This document shows positions 51,361-64,000 of a DNA stretch of 64,000 nt, piece by piece. The stretch spans positions 14,260,001-14,324,000 of the forward strand of contig NC_135767.1 of the NCBI RefSeq assembly GCF_052425735.1, read 5' to 3'. This DNA is from Oculina patagonica (lineage: Eukaryota). Each line of letters starts with the position of its first letter. The stretch's first letter is position 1. Made by a program: the position numbers and the translations under genes. The notes under the pieces were generated by a model. It saw only the letters and a program-made list of their open reading frames with translations. It was not told the origin of the DNA and did no database searches.

Positions 51361-53462
51361 ATGGTTTCAGGAGGAAACAAAAGAAAACTGGACGAGCAGG
51401 AAAGAGGTGAGTGAATTAAATTTAATATGTTTTAACGTTACCAAAGAAACTTAGTAGGAACTTTCTCAACTAACAACATGCGTCAAGTAATTGCTAGCGC
51501 TGTGCTTAGGTTTTCATTAACAAGAAGTTGATAAGGCAAATTAATAAAGTTTACAAGTTTCTTGAACGACAGCCTGTAAAAGACAAAGTGTAAAAGGTTA
51601 ATTTGCAGAGGGGATTTATTTCTAAGCAGATTTTGCTCAAATTGTTTCAAACAGTTACAGTGTTGCTGTGTCTTGCGTTTAATCTTTTTGCAAGATTGTA
51701 ATACTATAACGCGTGTTTTCGTTATAAGTTCAATTCTTAAACATAAGCTGCAAAAATCTGTCTTAAACAGTTCTCAATGTACCGCGATTCTCTCAAACCC
51801 TCTAAATTAGCGTTGTTAGAAGATTAAGTCTTTACTTACATTTGCGGGTTGCTTCGATACTTAACTTTGGCTTGTTCTTCTAAATAAAGTATTGTTATTG
51901 TTGGTTTCACGAATTCACGGTTTGCAGTGAGAAAAGCAGCATTCTTAATATAAAATTCTCTTTTTTTCAGGTGATATAATGCGTCAGAGACGCCGACGAA
52001 CAGCTTTCACTGAGGAACAACTTGATCGCTTGGAAGAATCTTTCATGGAAGAAAAGTTTCCTGGAATCATCATCAGAGAACAACTTGCCGAGGAGTTAAA
52101 AATTAAAGAGGATAGAATACAGGTAAGGAAATTGTGTTTTTTCATAAATCACGATCATTGTGGGCAATGGGATCAGGGAAATTTTTGGAGTTAATGGTAA
52201 AAACTATTATGCTAGATGCATAGTTTGTTCGCCTATGAGCCATGAGGAGAAGTAGATACTTTAAGGTTAAACTTGTCAGGTTAGAATTGTTAATTACGTA
52301 ATGCGTTTAACGCCAAGGTATGCAGCAAACTGCGAACATCACTTTTTGTTTATTCCAGAAATTGTTAAATAGAAATGAAAATGAAATCTGCAAATTCTGA
52401 ATTTGCCCCAAGTAGATCGTTATGATTTTGTAGGTTGAAGCGGGTTTGAAATTTTTCTCTCAACAAGTGAAGTTGTTTTCGATTAGTTTTCTCGGAGTCA
52501 GCTTGTACTAGAAAGTACGTGGAGGAGCCGCAAAGGTCGAGTAGATTATAACTTACAGATAATAACTAAATTAATATGACAGGAAAAAAACGATGGAATT
52601 GAGCAAGTCTAATTTTGCGCGCAAATCGCGAAACGTCAGTAATCACACGCGCGTCCTACTTAATACCTTTCGTTTCCTTTTTATGTTTTTGTTATCATTT
52701 AAAACGAGCTTCCTAATTCATATGATAGTCTTGTAATTTATCTGAAACAAGGGCTGTACGCTTAGTAGACCTTTTTAATTTTAATTACACGATCGTGTGA
52801 TGTTCTTTATAGAATTGCATCTGTATCAAGCTTAGATAATTATGATTTAATTTTAACATTAAGTAGCTGTAATGTCACATGGTTTGATATGGGGACACAA
52901 ACAAAACAAGCAATTTCCAATAACTTTTCATTTCCGCGCTTTTATTCCCCTAGAAACAAATGAAGTTAATTTTATTTTTGATTAATTCACAAGTTATAAT
53001 ATTAATACTTTATTAATTCACGGGTTCTTTTATTAACAGGTTTGGTTTTAAAACCGCCGCTCAAGATGGCGCAGACATGAAATTAAGAACAAACGGCACG
53101 AAACTGAAGAAGCAGCATCTTCCATTGCACATGCTGCTGTTTTCCCGCCATTTTGCCGCCGTCCACAGAGTGCCGTGCCAACCTGGAGTTTTCCCGCTTC
53201 TTTCATCAGGCCAAGCGCTGCCACCGCTTTGGCGCTAAAATGCAAAACAAAGGACCGTACAAGCACTGTGATTGGCCCATCAAGCGGACCACATGCTGAT
53301 GTCGTGGCAACGGGATTCTTGAGTACACCATCGATGATTCCTACTCAATTGCACAAGCCCATGTTTACAAACTTCTCTTCGTCAATCAGAGAAAACCGTC
53401 ATTCGTTAGATGAATATGTTGCAGCCGTAACTTTAGCAAGTGGATTTTTAAGGGAACATTAG
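51361..53462 (+). pseudogene. DUX-like homeobox copy B with a nonsense codon at homeodomain position 50
   Basis: Exons 51361-51406, 51971-52122, 53040-53462; GTT TGG TTT TAA (53049-53051) versus GTT TGG TTT CAA in copy A; the rest of the frame is open. Confidence 0.85.
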
Positions 53463-53613
53463 AAATGTAATTAGTATCTAGTTGAAATGCAAGGTTTTCC
53501 AGCTTAAGTGTAGACCAGTCTTTCATTGCGATTGTTACTCTAAGATTCTGTAACTGAATGTAAGTATATTTTAGTTGTTTCGCTTATGACCAGCAATGTA
53601 ATAAAACTGTTAA

Positions 53614-55642
53614 AGTGCCTATGAAGTAAAAAATAACTTTGCTCAATTTGCTTGTTTATGTCTTAGTTAGCACGAATATGCGTGTTTAAGATATCAAAAG
53701 CGCTTTTTTCTAGTATTTTTTGAGCCTCGAAGTTTGGATTTCGCAATTTGAAGTGGGCCCTTTTCGCGCGCGGCCAAACGCTCCAGTTTCACCGGAAATG
53801 ACGTACTTAGTGGTTCTAAAGACACCATGATTATGGCGTAAAGAGAGCAAAGAGGGCTGGCGAAAGCTATATTTCGGCTTTTGAGTCAAACAAAGGCAAT
53901 TGCACAAACGAAACTGCATCAAATACACTTATTTCCTTTGGTGAAGCTTCGCAGAGTAAATGGAAGCGAAATTTCAATGTGTATTAGTATAGTAAAGCTA
54001 TTCGTTCTGATGAAAACGCAAGAAGAAACGAATTCTGTTCCGTTGGCAGTTCGAGGATCGCTGTTCTCAGCAAAAGCTCTTCCTTGCCACAAATGAAACG
54101 ATAAAGTCATGAAGCGAAGAGGAAATTTATCAAAAGAGTTATCTCTGTAAAGGATATGGTGGTCTCTCTATATCATTCTGCCCTGACTAGCCGAAGAAAG
54201 ATTTAGCAGTCGCGCCAGGAGTTTACAATATGTTACACAGCTGGGTTCAGTATACGTGTTATTCTTTTATTATGAGACTTTGTTCCTCAAAATTTAATTT
54301 GTATGGTTAGTAGATCGTGTTATCATTCGTAAGGTAGCAGTCGTTTCCTTTCCCAAACACTTGAAACGATCGATCGCCAGACGCAAACGAATGCATCTGT
54401 GAAAGATGCAAAAATATGGAATGTAAATTCGACTTGAGTGCCGGTTAGAAATGCTTTTTTTTTTTTTTTCAAGTAGCGCGCTTCGAATGTTGTCATTCAC
54501 GTCTGCATTTACGGTAGTATTCTATGGCGAATGCACTTTTAAACAATACACTGAGATCTTGCAAAATCTTGGACAAATTTTACGGCTCCCTTCGCCGGAA
54601 TTATTTGCTGATAAACACGCACTGTAATTTAAATCAGGATTTATCGTATCCGGATAAAGAAGTCGACGGTTGAAAATATACCGTAGAGCTAACGAACCAT
54701 TAAGAGCCAACAACTGCAGTTCTGTTTATTCTTGAAGAGGAAATTTTTGGTTTCGTTCAAGTCAAAAAGTGCTAATCTTGAGTTTGAAGAAGTGTTATCT
54801 TGCCGTGTTGTCAAGTTTAATTATGTCACTCTCACGCTTCGGAGAAATATGTCAGTCCACTGTACTTTCCCACACAAGAACACAATCAAAATGAAAGCGA
54901 GCAACTGATCGCTACTTGTATTAAAATCACCAAATCGTTATATAATACCGTACCGTACCGTAACCTGAATTTACACATTCGACAAGCAAGAGAAGCAAGC
55001 AACCTCGGCGCGGCAAGCAGCGCTCGTGTCAATTCCGAAGCACATTGCGACACTGCGAAACCACTCACAAAATCAAAGCCCGTCGATGTATGTGCTTTTG
55101 GAAACAATAAAAATTCTAGTTATTCATTTTTTATAGGGAATTTCTCATTTGAATCTGCTTCGCCGAACTTCGATCGTCCTCGTCGACCAGCGCTTTGTGT
55201 GAAAGAGCGCTTGATCGGCTTGCGGCGGTTGGACAGGTCCAACTAGCTACTTCAGTCCATTTAGTGTCACGATATTTCGTTGTGCGATTCATTTCTGCTA
55301 GAAACCCGCTCTGCCAAATTCGCAGATGGCAACATATCGTTCTTGTCGGACAAGATTTCGATTTATCAACGAAAAAGCAGCAACAATCTCAGGTGAAGTA
55401 GTGAACTTCACTGTGTATCAACAAAATCTAAGTGTAAACTGATCCGTGGAACCACTAACTACGTCATTCGAGCCAAATTCGTGTCCAGTCTCCGGACCCA
55501 CTGTTTTGTCTTACCGAGGGCACTTTAGGCGGCAAAAAGTCCGATTTCTCTCTCTTTGACATTATTCTTTTTTTAACTTTTCGGAAAGTAGACATAATAA
55601 GCTACCAAAAAAAGCAAAAAAGTTTTTTACTTCATAGGCACT
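53614..55642. mobile_element. 2-kb TTAA-targeting TIR element (Kolobok-like), no intact ORF
   Basis: TTAA|AGTGCCTATGAAGTAAAAAA ... TTTTTTACTTCATAGGCACT|TTAA; block A similarity resumes after it. Confidence 0.8.
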
Positions 55643-57162
55643 TTAAACTGAGCGACACTTGAAGTTCTCGATGTACCCGACTTTTAGATGTCATGCGCTT
55701 AAACTAATTAATGGCTACCTTCAATGATTGAATTTAGGCAATCTCAAACATTATCGCATTGGGATCCAATGAGACAAAGGTCCGGTTGTTCAAAGAACGA
55801 TGGAGGTGCCATTTTTTCTCGAATAAGCGCAAACCTCCTCGGTCGAAATAGCAGCCCCCCCCCCCTCCCCCCACATCCCCCACACTTTCTGCAGCTGCAT
55901 CAGAACTAATATAGAAGTTCAGTTTCTTTTCCATTTGTAAATGCCGTATACGTCCTAGACCCACACCCTCCGGTTATATCATGTTCTAGTCTGCGAGAGC
56001 CAGTTACCTTTTTCATTATTAGTTACAGCTCGTTGAAAGAAAAACATAAGCGCTCCCTCCTTTTTGGATACCCCCTTCCACCCGGTTTTCGGGCGTAATT
56101 CGGCGCATTTTGAGGAAATTCGTTAAATTGGTTGAAAATTGCTGTTGTTGCACTTTCTTTTTTCACTACGGTCGCAACTGTAAGAAGCATTGAAAAAAAT
56201 CGTCTTTTTTATTACGCTATAATTATTCTTGAATCCTCTAGATGTCCTTGTGCTCTTAATTTACGATGTTGTTAATCTTGTTTTCTTAATTATTCTTGGG
56301 ATATATTAACAAACCTTCGTTTTTTCCCGCAAAGATGCAAACTATTTTTGCTTGTTCCTAAATACATTTATTTCTTAAACTGAAAATTAAAATACTTACA
56401 GTGGAACTACTTCCGTATACAACACCACAGTATTGGACATGAATTATTGAAACTTGAAGCTTTACTCATTGCACTGCACGGATGAAAGCTAGAAAAATCA
56501 CGAGTTATATTGAGCGACAAACCCATTTTCGGCAGAACACCAGTTAAATTAAAATTTCCTAAAATATAAAAAACATCATATTTTTTTAACAAAAAACATC
56601 TCATTGTTCTTAGTCATATTTGATCGATTAAAGTTTTATTTCAAACACAAGCTGTCAAATCTTCCTTAACCTGTGCTCTGACTGACGTCTTTCTCACTTT
56701 TTCTGAATATTCATTTGAAAAAAAGCTAATACTCCAGCAACCTTAGAACGACATCTGTCCATGTACCTGCAAAAATGTTAAATAGAAGACATCGCCCACA
56801 GCGGAAACCCTAACATGAAATGTATTCTTTTCACATTAATACACTGCTTCAAAGTTAAAACATCGTAGAACGAATCACTAAAGAGAATTTGAAATGCGTT
56901 TTGGTCTAGTCGCAGAGATCAGTTAAATAAAATGGCAATTAGGTACCTTTTCATGCCTAACTATTATATAACACCATGACAATTCTAATAAATTAATCGA
57001 TCTAGGATGTTTAATTTCCGGCCACCAAGCTTTCTTAACGTTTCTCCGTTTTTTTTTTAATTTGCACAGTCCCAACAACAGCCTGATAGGACTGATCGTC
57101 TGTTCTCATCGCCGCACACAATGTTTGACACCAATCCAAATCCATTCTATTGCACGGCGATC

Positions 57163-58937
57163 TGAGCTGATTTACAACAGTTTAATTGTTTGATCGTTTC
57201 CTTCGCTGCTTGTCGTACTGTTCCTCCAGCAGTAAAGAATCGGGTTTAGAGACGAATTAAGATAGGTGAGAGTTGCTGTAAAGTAGAAAGCAATTTCAAA
57301 GTTATTTCCAGACATCTGGCCATAATTCATCAGCATAACTACGACAATAAACGGAACATAGCAAGTAACTAATGCCAACTGCACCCATAATACGCTGGAA
57401 ACTGACTTCTTGTATCGTGCGATATTCAGTAGGATTCTTCCTCCGTTAGGTTGTCCCTGGGGGACATGAACTTGAAGTTGATGATGTCGCAGCTTTCGAT
57501 AAATTTTCGTGTAAGAGAGCATTGAAGTTCCTAGAGAAAGTAATGTAAGGGCAAAGGCTACAGTAAAGGCAATTTGTCTATTCCAAAGGTACATCGATCC
57601 ACATGAAACAGCAATCAGCCAAAAGCAAATTATAACTGAACGGACGCGCCTCGATTTTACAACGTGTCTGTTTCTCAGCCCCAACAACAGGGCGAAGAGT
57701 CTGTCCACGCTTATTGCGCTGGATGTGAAGACCGATACATCGCATAAAATAAAGCTCGAAGCATTATAGACTTTGTAAACGAAGTATATAGCTTTCGAGT
57801 TCATTCCAGTTGTTACAAACGACATTAGGGCTACAGCAAATAGTGGTTGGGAAACAAGTCCAATGCAAAGATCAGTGACCGCCAGATATCGGAACAGAAG
57901 TTTGGTTGGAGGGTGAATAGAAGTCTCTTTGTGAAGAGCAACGAGGATTAGAACATTGCCCAGTGTTGCGTAGCCTGAATTTCAGACATCCCTCTGTGCT
58001 CGCCTGCTCACCAGAAGAGACGTCTGAACACATTTGGCTCTAATGCCGTCCGGTGACGTCACTACACTTTGGTTTTAATTCATGCGGAAAAGTTTCTGTC
58101 GAGGCCATGAAATTGTGAAAGAAAAATCGCTTCAATAAAGGATTACAGGGTAACAAATTGTTTTAATAGTAAACTACTGAAGACTTGAGACAAATGAATG
58201 AGATTTTAATCGACTACAGTCAGGCGCTATTCTTTTACGGAACCGATTTAATCTGAACTGATTTGCTTTATCTAGCGATCAAAATAGCGGACAAATACAA
58301 CACACTCGTAAGTACTTAAATGAATCAATTTAGACGGTTAGAGAGGCATCAAGAAACGGAATTCAATACAAAAATATCCTACTTGACCGTGGGCACTGAG
58401 TTCAGAAATCACTGGCTCATCGAGGCTGCAGGACATAAGCGTCGAGCGGCTTTGTTGACAAAACAAGAATATGTATAAATTTGGCAAAACACTGCATGTC
58501 GAAGCGACGAATGCCGCCAACTTAAAACCTACCGGTTTCCATTACTATTATTCATCCGTAGGTTAACTAATAAAGTAATAAACTCAAGGTAAATGACGAA
58601 TAAATTCATTTCTGGGAAGGTGAACTCTTTCGAAACTCTTCGCAAACGTTTTCAAATTACAATCCTCGCGCGGTAAAATGTAGTCATAATTTCACATAAT
58701 TATGCAAATAATTTTTAAATCAACCAATCAGAATCACTACCCGGTTTTCGGGTAGTGACGTCACCGGACGGCATTAGAGCCAAATGTGTTCAGACGTCTC
58801 TTCTGGTGAGCAGGCGAGCACAGATGGATGTCTGAAATTCAGGCTAAGTGTTGCGGAGATGGATAGAAAAATGTTTAAGGCTGAAAGGAAAGAAAAAACA
58901 CCCGTTAGCCATATATAGATGCGCTTGTTTGGTTCAT
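57163..58937 (-). pseudogene. Disrupted class A GPCR, tandem paralogue of 60866-61759
   Basis: ATG at 58937; +2-nt frameshift after MNQTSASI; 876-bp TIR insertion in TM1; 5-nt deletion after NPILYCWR. Confidence 0.88.
57971..58846. mobile_element. Mutator-like non-autonomous element inserted in the GPCR CDS
   Basis: 95-bp TIRs (57971-58065, 58752-58846; one mismatch) starting TAGCCTGAATTTCAGAC; perfect 9-bp TSD AGTGTTGCG. Confidence 0.9.
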
Positions 58938-60865
58938 CTTGGTTGTGTAGTGTCCGTCCACAGTGCCTGCACTTACTGAACCGTCTTGTCGACTTGTAGC
59001 TTTCTTATTGCGTTGGGAAAACAAACCTCACGAGACCGGATATAGCACCTGTAAGCAGCTTGTGTTTCTAGAAATGATAACCGATCAATCTACTCTATTA
59101 TATTTTTCTTCTGCCAAACGTCGAATAACCGACTCGCTTAATAACTTATTCCTATTTTCTGCAATCTAGTTTAAAACTTACAGCGATACACAGAGCAGAG
59201 GACTAGTCAATGGAAAATTAAATTGACTTTTTTTTATATAGAGCTGTTTTGGCTGTATAGATCTGCGTTTTTAATCATACCAAGCTAAGTAAAATGCACG
59301 AGAAACTCTTTGAAGTCGTGTTATCGAACAAGCTACTTTATTCTCATAGTGCCGACAACAGCATCCCCTACTTTTGCAACCATTTAACTTTCTCTTATTC
59401 AAATGTTTGGCGAGATGTTTATCAGACATGTATTTAGCAGATGTGGTAACATCATAGCTACAAATGTATTTTTAAGCTGGGCGTTTTTTTCTGTTTTTGT
59501 TTCAGTTGTCTGCAAATGCCAAACAATATACGTAACATAGAGTTTTTCAAAGACACCACATTGAACCTATTTGTTGTACAAACTGCTGCAAATTTGAAAA
59601 CGACATCTGCCACTCCATAATCTGGATATTATTTTTCATATGTAAATCCAGAGCGGAAAGACATTTGAGTCCATATGAGTCCATCATCTTTTTAAAAAAA
59701 GATATTTTATTTTGTAGGGAAAACGCGTGGTCTCGCGTGACCGGATAAGCACCTGTAAGCAGCTTGTGTTTCTAGGAATGATAACAGATTAATTAACCTG
59801 TTAAAAATTTCTTTTATTTATTTATTTTCGATGTTGGTAAAAACATTATAGCATTGGACATGAATTGTGGAAAAGTTTTGAGCCTAACTCATTGCACCTC
59901 ATGAGTGCGAGAAAAATCACAAATTGTTGAGCGACTGAAATACACCACTAAAAGAAGACGTTCCCTAAAAACGAAAAATATCTTATTTTTTTAACAAAAA
60001 CAAAGCTCCATTTTTCCTCATAAACTGTTAACTGTAGGTTCTCAAACTATTGCAACCAACTGTTCATTTTTGCATGTTATAAATACATTTTTTTCTGTGA
60101 ACTGAAAATCTTTTCGGAGGAACCACTTCCTTACACAACAGCACAGTATTGGACATGAATTATGTAAACTTGCAGCTTAATACATTGCGTTGATATAAGC
60201 TAAAAACATCACAGGTTATATTAAGCGACTGACCCATTTTCAACAGAACATCACTTAAATAGAAAGTTCCCTGCAAAATTATATTTTTTAACAAAACATC
60301 TCTTTGTTCTTATTCATATTCGATCGACAGGTATACGCTAATTAAAGTTTAATTTCAAATACAAGTTGTCAATTCTACTTTCACCTGTGCTCTGACTCAC
60401 GTCTTTCTCACTCTCCTGAATATTCATTTGAAAAAAAGCTAATACTCCAGCAACCTTAGAACGACATCTGTCCATGTACCTGAAAAAATGTTTTTAAAAT
60501 AGGGAGACGTCAGCGGAAGCGTTAAAATGAAGATTAATTTTTCACATCAATACACTGCTTCAAAGTGAAAACAACGTACAACGAATCATTAACGACAATT
60601 TGAAATGCGTTTTGGTATTCTCGCAGAGATCAGTTACATAAAATGGCAATTAGCTCCTCAGGTCTAACTTTTATATGATAAAACCGTGAAAATGTTAATA
60701 CATTTATTGATCTAGGAGGTTTCTACCAAGCCTCCTAAACGTTGTCCGGTATCTTTAAAAACACACACAGTCGCCAAAACAGAGATGGGACTGTTTGTCT
60801 GTACCCATTGCCGCACACAATGTTTGCAAAGACACCAATCCACATCCATTCTATTGCCCGGCGAT

Positions 60866-61759
60866 CTAGCCTGATTTACAGCAGTTTAACTGTTTGATGG
60901 TTTCCTTCGCTGCTTGTCGAACTGCTCTGATCCTCCAGCAGTAAAGAATCGGGTTTAGAGACGAATTTAAGAAGGCAAGAGTTAATGTAAAGTAGAAGGC
61001 AATATCAAAGTTTGTTCCAGACATTTGGCCATGTGCCGCTGGTATAGCTATAATAAGCCACGGAACATAGCAAGTAACTAAAGCCAACTGCACCCATAAT
61101 ACGCTGGAAACTGACTTCTTGTATCGTGCGATATTCAATGGAATTCTTCCCCTGTTTGGTTGTCCTTGGTGGACGTGCACTTGAAGTTGATGATGTCGAA
61201 GCGTGAGATAAATCTTCATGTAGGAGAAGACCGAGCATGCTATAGAAATTATTCCTAGGACAAAGGCTGCAGTGCGGGTAATTCTTATATCCCAAAAGGC
61301 CATCAATGCACATGAAACAGCAATCATCCAAAAGCAAATTATAACTGCACGGACTCGCCGTAATGTTAAAACGTACCTGTATCTCAGTCCCACCAACAGG
61401 GCGAGAAGTCTGTCCACATTTATTGCGGTGGATGTGAAGAGCGATACTTCACATAAAATAGCGCTTGAAGCTTTACGTATCTTGTCAATGTAGTAGATAA
61501 CTTTCCAGTTCACTACATTTGTTACAAAAGACATCAGAAAGGCCGCAAAGAGTGGCTGCGTAAAAAGTCCAACGCAAAGATCAGTGACCGCCAGGCATCG
61601 AAACAAAAGTTTTGTTGGTGGATAAAGAGAAGTCTCTTTATGAAGAGCAACAAGAATTAGAACATTGCCCAGTGATGCGGTGATGGATAGAAAAATGTTC
61701 AAGGCTGAAAGAAAAGAATAAACGCCCGTTAGACATATAGATGTGCTTGTTTGGTTCAT
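60866..61759 (-). CDS. Intronless rhodopsin-family (class A) GPCR, 297 aa, melanocortin/adenosine-receptor-like cnidarian-expanded type
   Basis: Seven hydrophobic segments; GN (TM1), LAVTD (TM2), VDRLL (DRY variant), CYVP (TM6), NSSLNPILY (NPxxY). Confidence 0.9.
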   Translation of the reverse strand: MNQTSTSICLTGVYSFLSALNIFLSITASLGNVLILVALHKETSLYPPTKLLFRCLAVTDLCVGLFTQPLFAAFLMSFVTNVVNWKVIYYIDKIRKASSAILCEVSLFTSTAINVDRLLALLVGLRYRYVLTLRRVRAVIICFWMIAVSCALMAFWDIRITRTAAFVLGIISIACSVFSYMKIYLTLRHHQLQVHVHQGQPNRGRIPLNIARYKKSVSSVLWVQLALVTCYVPWLIIAIPAAHGQMSGTNFDIAFYFTLTLAFLNSSLNPILYCWRIRAVRQAAKETIKQLNCCKSG

Positions 61760-64000
61760 CTCAGTTGTTTAGTTTCTGTTTACAGTGCTTGCACTAACTG
61801 AACCGTTATGTCAATATTTAAAATTTAATATAGCATGTTTATTGGGAAAGAAAAACATGTCTCATGTGACCGGATATAGCAGCTGTGATAACTTATTCCG
61901 ATCTCACATCTTTAATTTGTCAATAAACATTTTAAGAACTGGCTAAGATCCAGTTTAAATGGTACATTTTACATGTGCCGAATCTAATTCATGCACGTGA
62001 AGTTTGACGTTTGAATATCATTTAAAATCGGCAGATTTGAATGAAATGCGACGTCTACCGCATCTTCGACTTGGCTAGTAGAATATTCGACAAAAGTTCG
62101 ACAGTTGCTTTATACGTCGAACTTCACATGTGCCAAATTGATGTATTTGCCTTCGACGAAAGAGATCGTATACTGATCGTTCTTTTTTTTTTCGAAATCG
62201 AAATAAAATAGAAAGGAATTAAAACAATAATTAGGCGCGCAGGTCTTCTTAGAACGCAATGTCCAAAATTCAACTTTTCAGTGTATAGCCGCTTTTTACT
62301 TTCGTATGCCATTAAGGACGGTGCCTACTAATAACAAAGTATTTTTTCCCGGCCAATGACTATACAAGAAATGTAGATGTTACCAAGGGCTACTAAAATT
62401 CAAAAAAAATTGGGGGTAGCCACGCAAATTTTCGAGATAATTAGGTTTGAAATCTGGAAAAAAGTGCTGACGTGGCATTTTAAAATAAAGTAAACTTAAA
62501 TAGAATTTCCTTGCAAATTCCATTTGAAATTGGTTTTTCATGAACAAAATCAACATTAAATATAACAACATTTACAATAACTAACAAATAATTTCTTCGG
62601 AACTGCGTGATCCACGTTTTTATTAACAAAATAATTGCGTTTGAGCCATTTTTGACTCTAGCAGCTCTCACTGCACTTGCACGGCCAGAAAATCGGCCTA
62701 AATTTTTTTTCACTTAATGAAAAATTAAACATGTGCTCTATAGACTTACCACTTATATTTTATAAATAAAAACTAGGGGTCACCACGCGTTTTTAAAAGT
62801 TATACCAGTTGTTTTCAGGGTCTATGAAATCGCTTTTGGGGTCTGTTACATTTTTTTTATCCCCTCCCTAGCGAGTTGAATATTTGCATCTCGCGCGTGC
62901 ACTACGCCATTTGTCACGGTTAGCAGTTTGCGGGTAACGTTTTAGCGCTTAGCGATTTGTTTTTAAGAGTGTGTCCATAAGAGGACCAGGCAACAGGTGA
63001 TACAGCTCATATCACCGATTTCGCCCAAACTTACCATAAATGCTGGGTATGGTGAGCTATTTACTGTGACAAAACATCAGCTTAAACTATTTTATTCCCT
63101 TCAAGTTATGGCACCTTTTGCAAAAATGGCCATTTTTCACTAATTTATGCATATTTAATTAGCTGACTTTGATTGACCAGTTCCACAAGAAAAAAAGACT
63201 TCTGAAAATAAAATTCACTGCATTATATTCTGTGGTTATTAGGCTTTAAGTACAATAATTCACTTCAACCGTCTGATTTGATTTCTTCTCTTCAAACGGT
63301 CTTTTGGAAGGTACACATTTCGTACTGTTGGAAATAGCCTTTAGCTAGTGCCCAATATCTCCCATGAGCAACAACTTATATACATTATTCTTACATGGGT
63401 AATGAAATCCATCTCTAAACTTCACAAAAATGCCACAAAATGTCTGGGGACTTCAATATTTTATTAGTATTGAGGAACTAAACACACGTAACTTAACGAT
63501 TTCTTGCTATTTCATCAAAATTCACCGAAACACAGAAGCCATTTATTTTCCTCAATTTGGCATAAAATCGGTACGAAATAGCTAATCAAGCATAAATCTA
63601 TAGATAACAATCAAAATATTGGCGAAGAAAAGGCAGTTAGGACATTTTTCGGAGCGTTTTCAGAGCCGATATAATTCGGCAATGTTGTGATAGCAAATGT
63701 AAAAATAGCAGCGAAAGATTTTCTTCAAAAGCTCGCTCAATTCAACATTTAGGCACATCAAAGTTAAGAAACAAGAAAGTAATACTACATACATGCCACT
63801 TATCGACACACAGATGCTTTCTTTTGAAGGATTTGTTCTTCCTCGCTGCACTTCGATCCTTCGATCGATCTCAATTGACATGTACTGTTGCTTTGAGGCG
63901 CGATGAACTTAGCCAATACATCGTGGTTCATTCTTCGTGAAAGGTGTAAACAGGTTGTAAATAAAGTCATTCAAAGAGCTGTTCAAAGTTCACGGAAGGA

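Larger units (their letters stand above)
40180..56006 (+). repeat. Segmental duplication, block B
   Basis: Collinear with 17600-30821, expanded by independent TE insertions. Confidence 0.9.

Noticed and set aside
54290-55410. Transposase/KolX ORFs inside the 2-kb TTAA element
   Set aside because: Only short frames; no catalytic motifs I can support.
57172-57825. 217-aa GPCR as an independent gene
   Set aside because: Lacks TM1 and most of TM2 and has a frameshifted C-terminus; it is a pseudogene remnant.

Overview
Eukaryotic, AT-rich, intron-containing animal DNA. The gene families and dense MITE/SINE landscape suggest a cnidarian, probably a stony coral (inference). Left to right: (1) the first three coding exons of TMBIM4/Lifeguard-4 (minus strand), head-to-head with a complete 8-exon PPP4R2; (2) a composite hAT-like element carrying a 78-bp hairpin satellite; (3) block A of a segmental duplication, holding a 555-aa protein I cannot name (four ~110-aa repeats, predicted N-myristoylation, Pro-rich PPxY tail) and a DUX-like PRD-class homeobox gene; (4) a single-copy divergent eh1-containing homeobox gene; (5) block B, holding the paralogous 4-repeat gene (ORF intact) and a DUX-like copy with a stop exactly at homeodomain Q50; (6) a tandem pair of intronless class A GPCRs, one intact and one disrupted by a TIR insertion and two frameshifts. 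Many nested non-autonomous transposons with readable TIRs/TSDs fill introns and intergenic DNA. Exons were read by eye and checked for GT-AG and phase. No database searches were run, so family names rest on recalled motifs.
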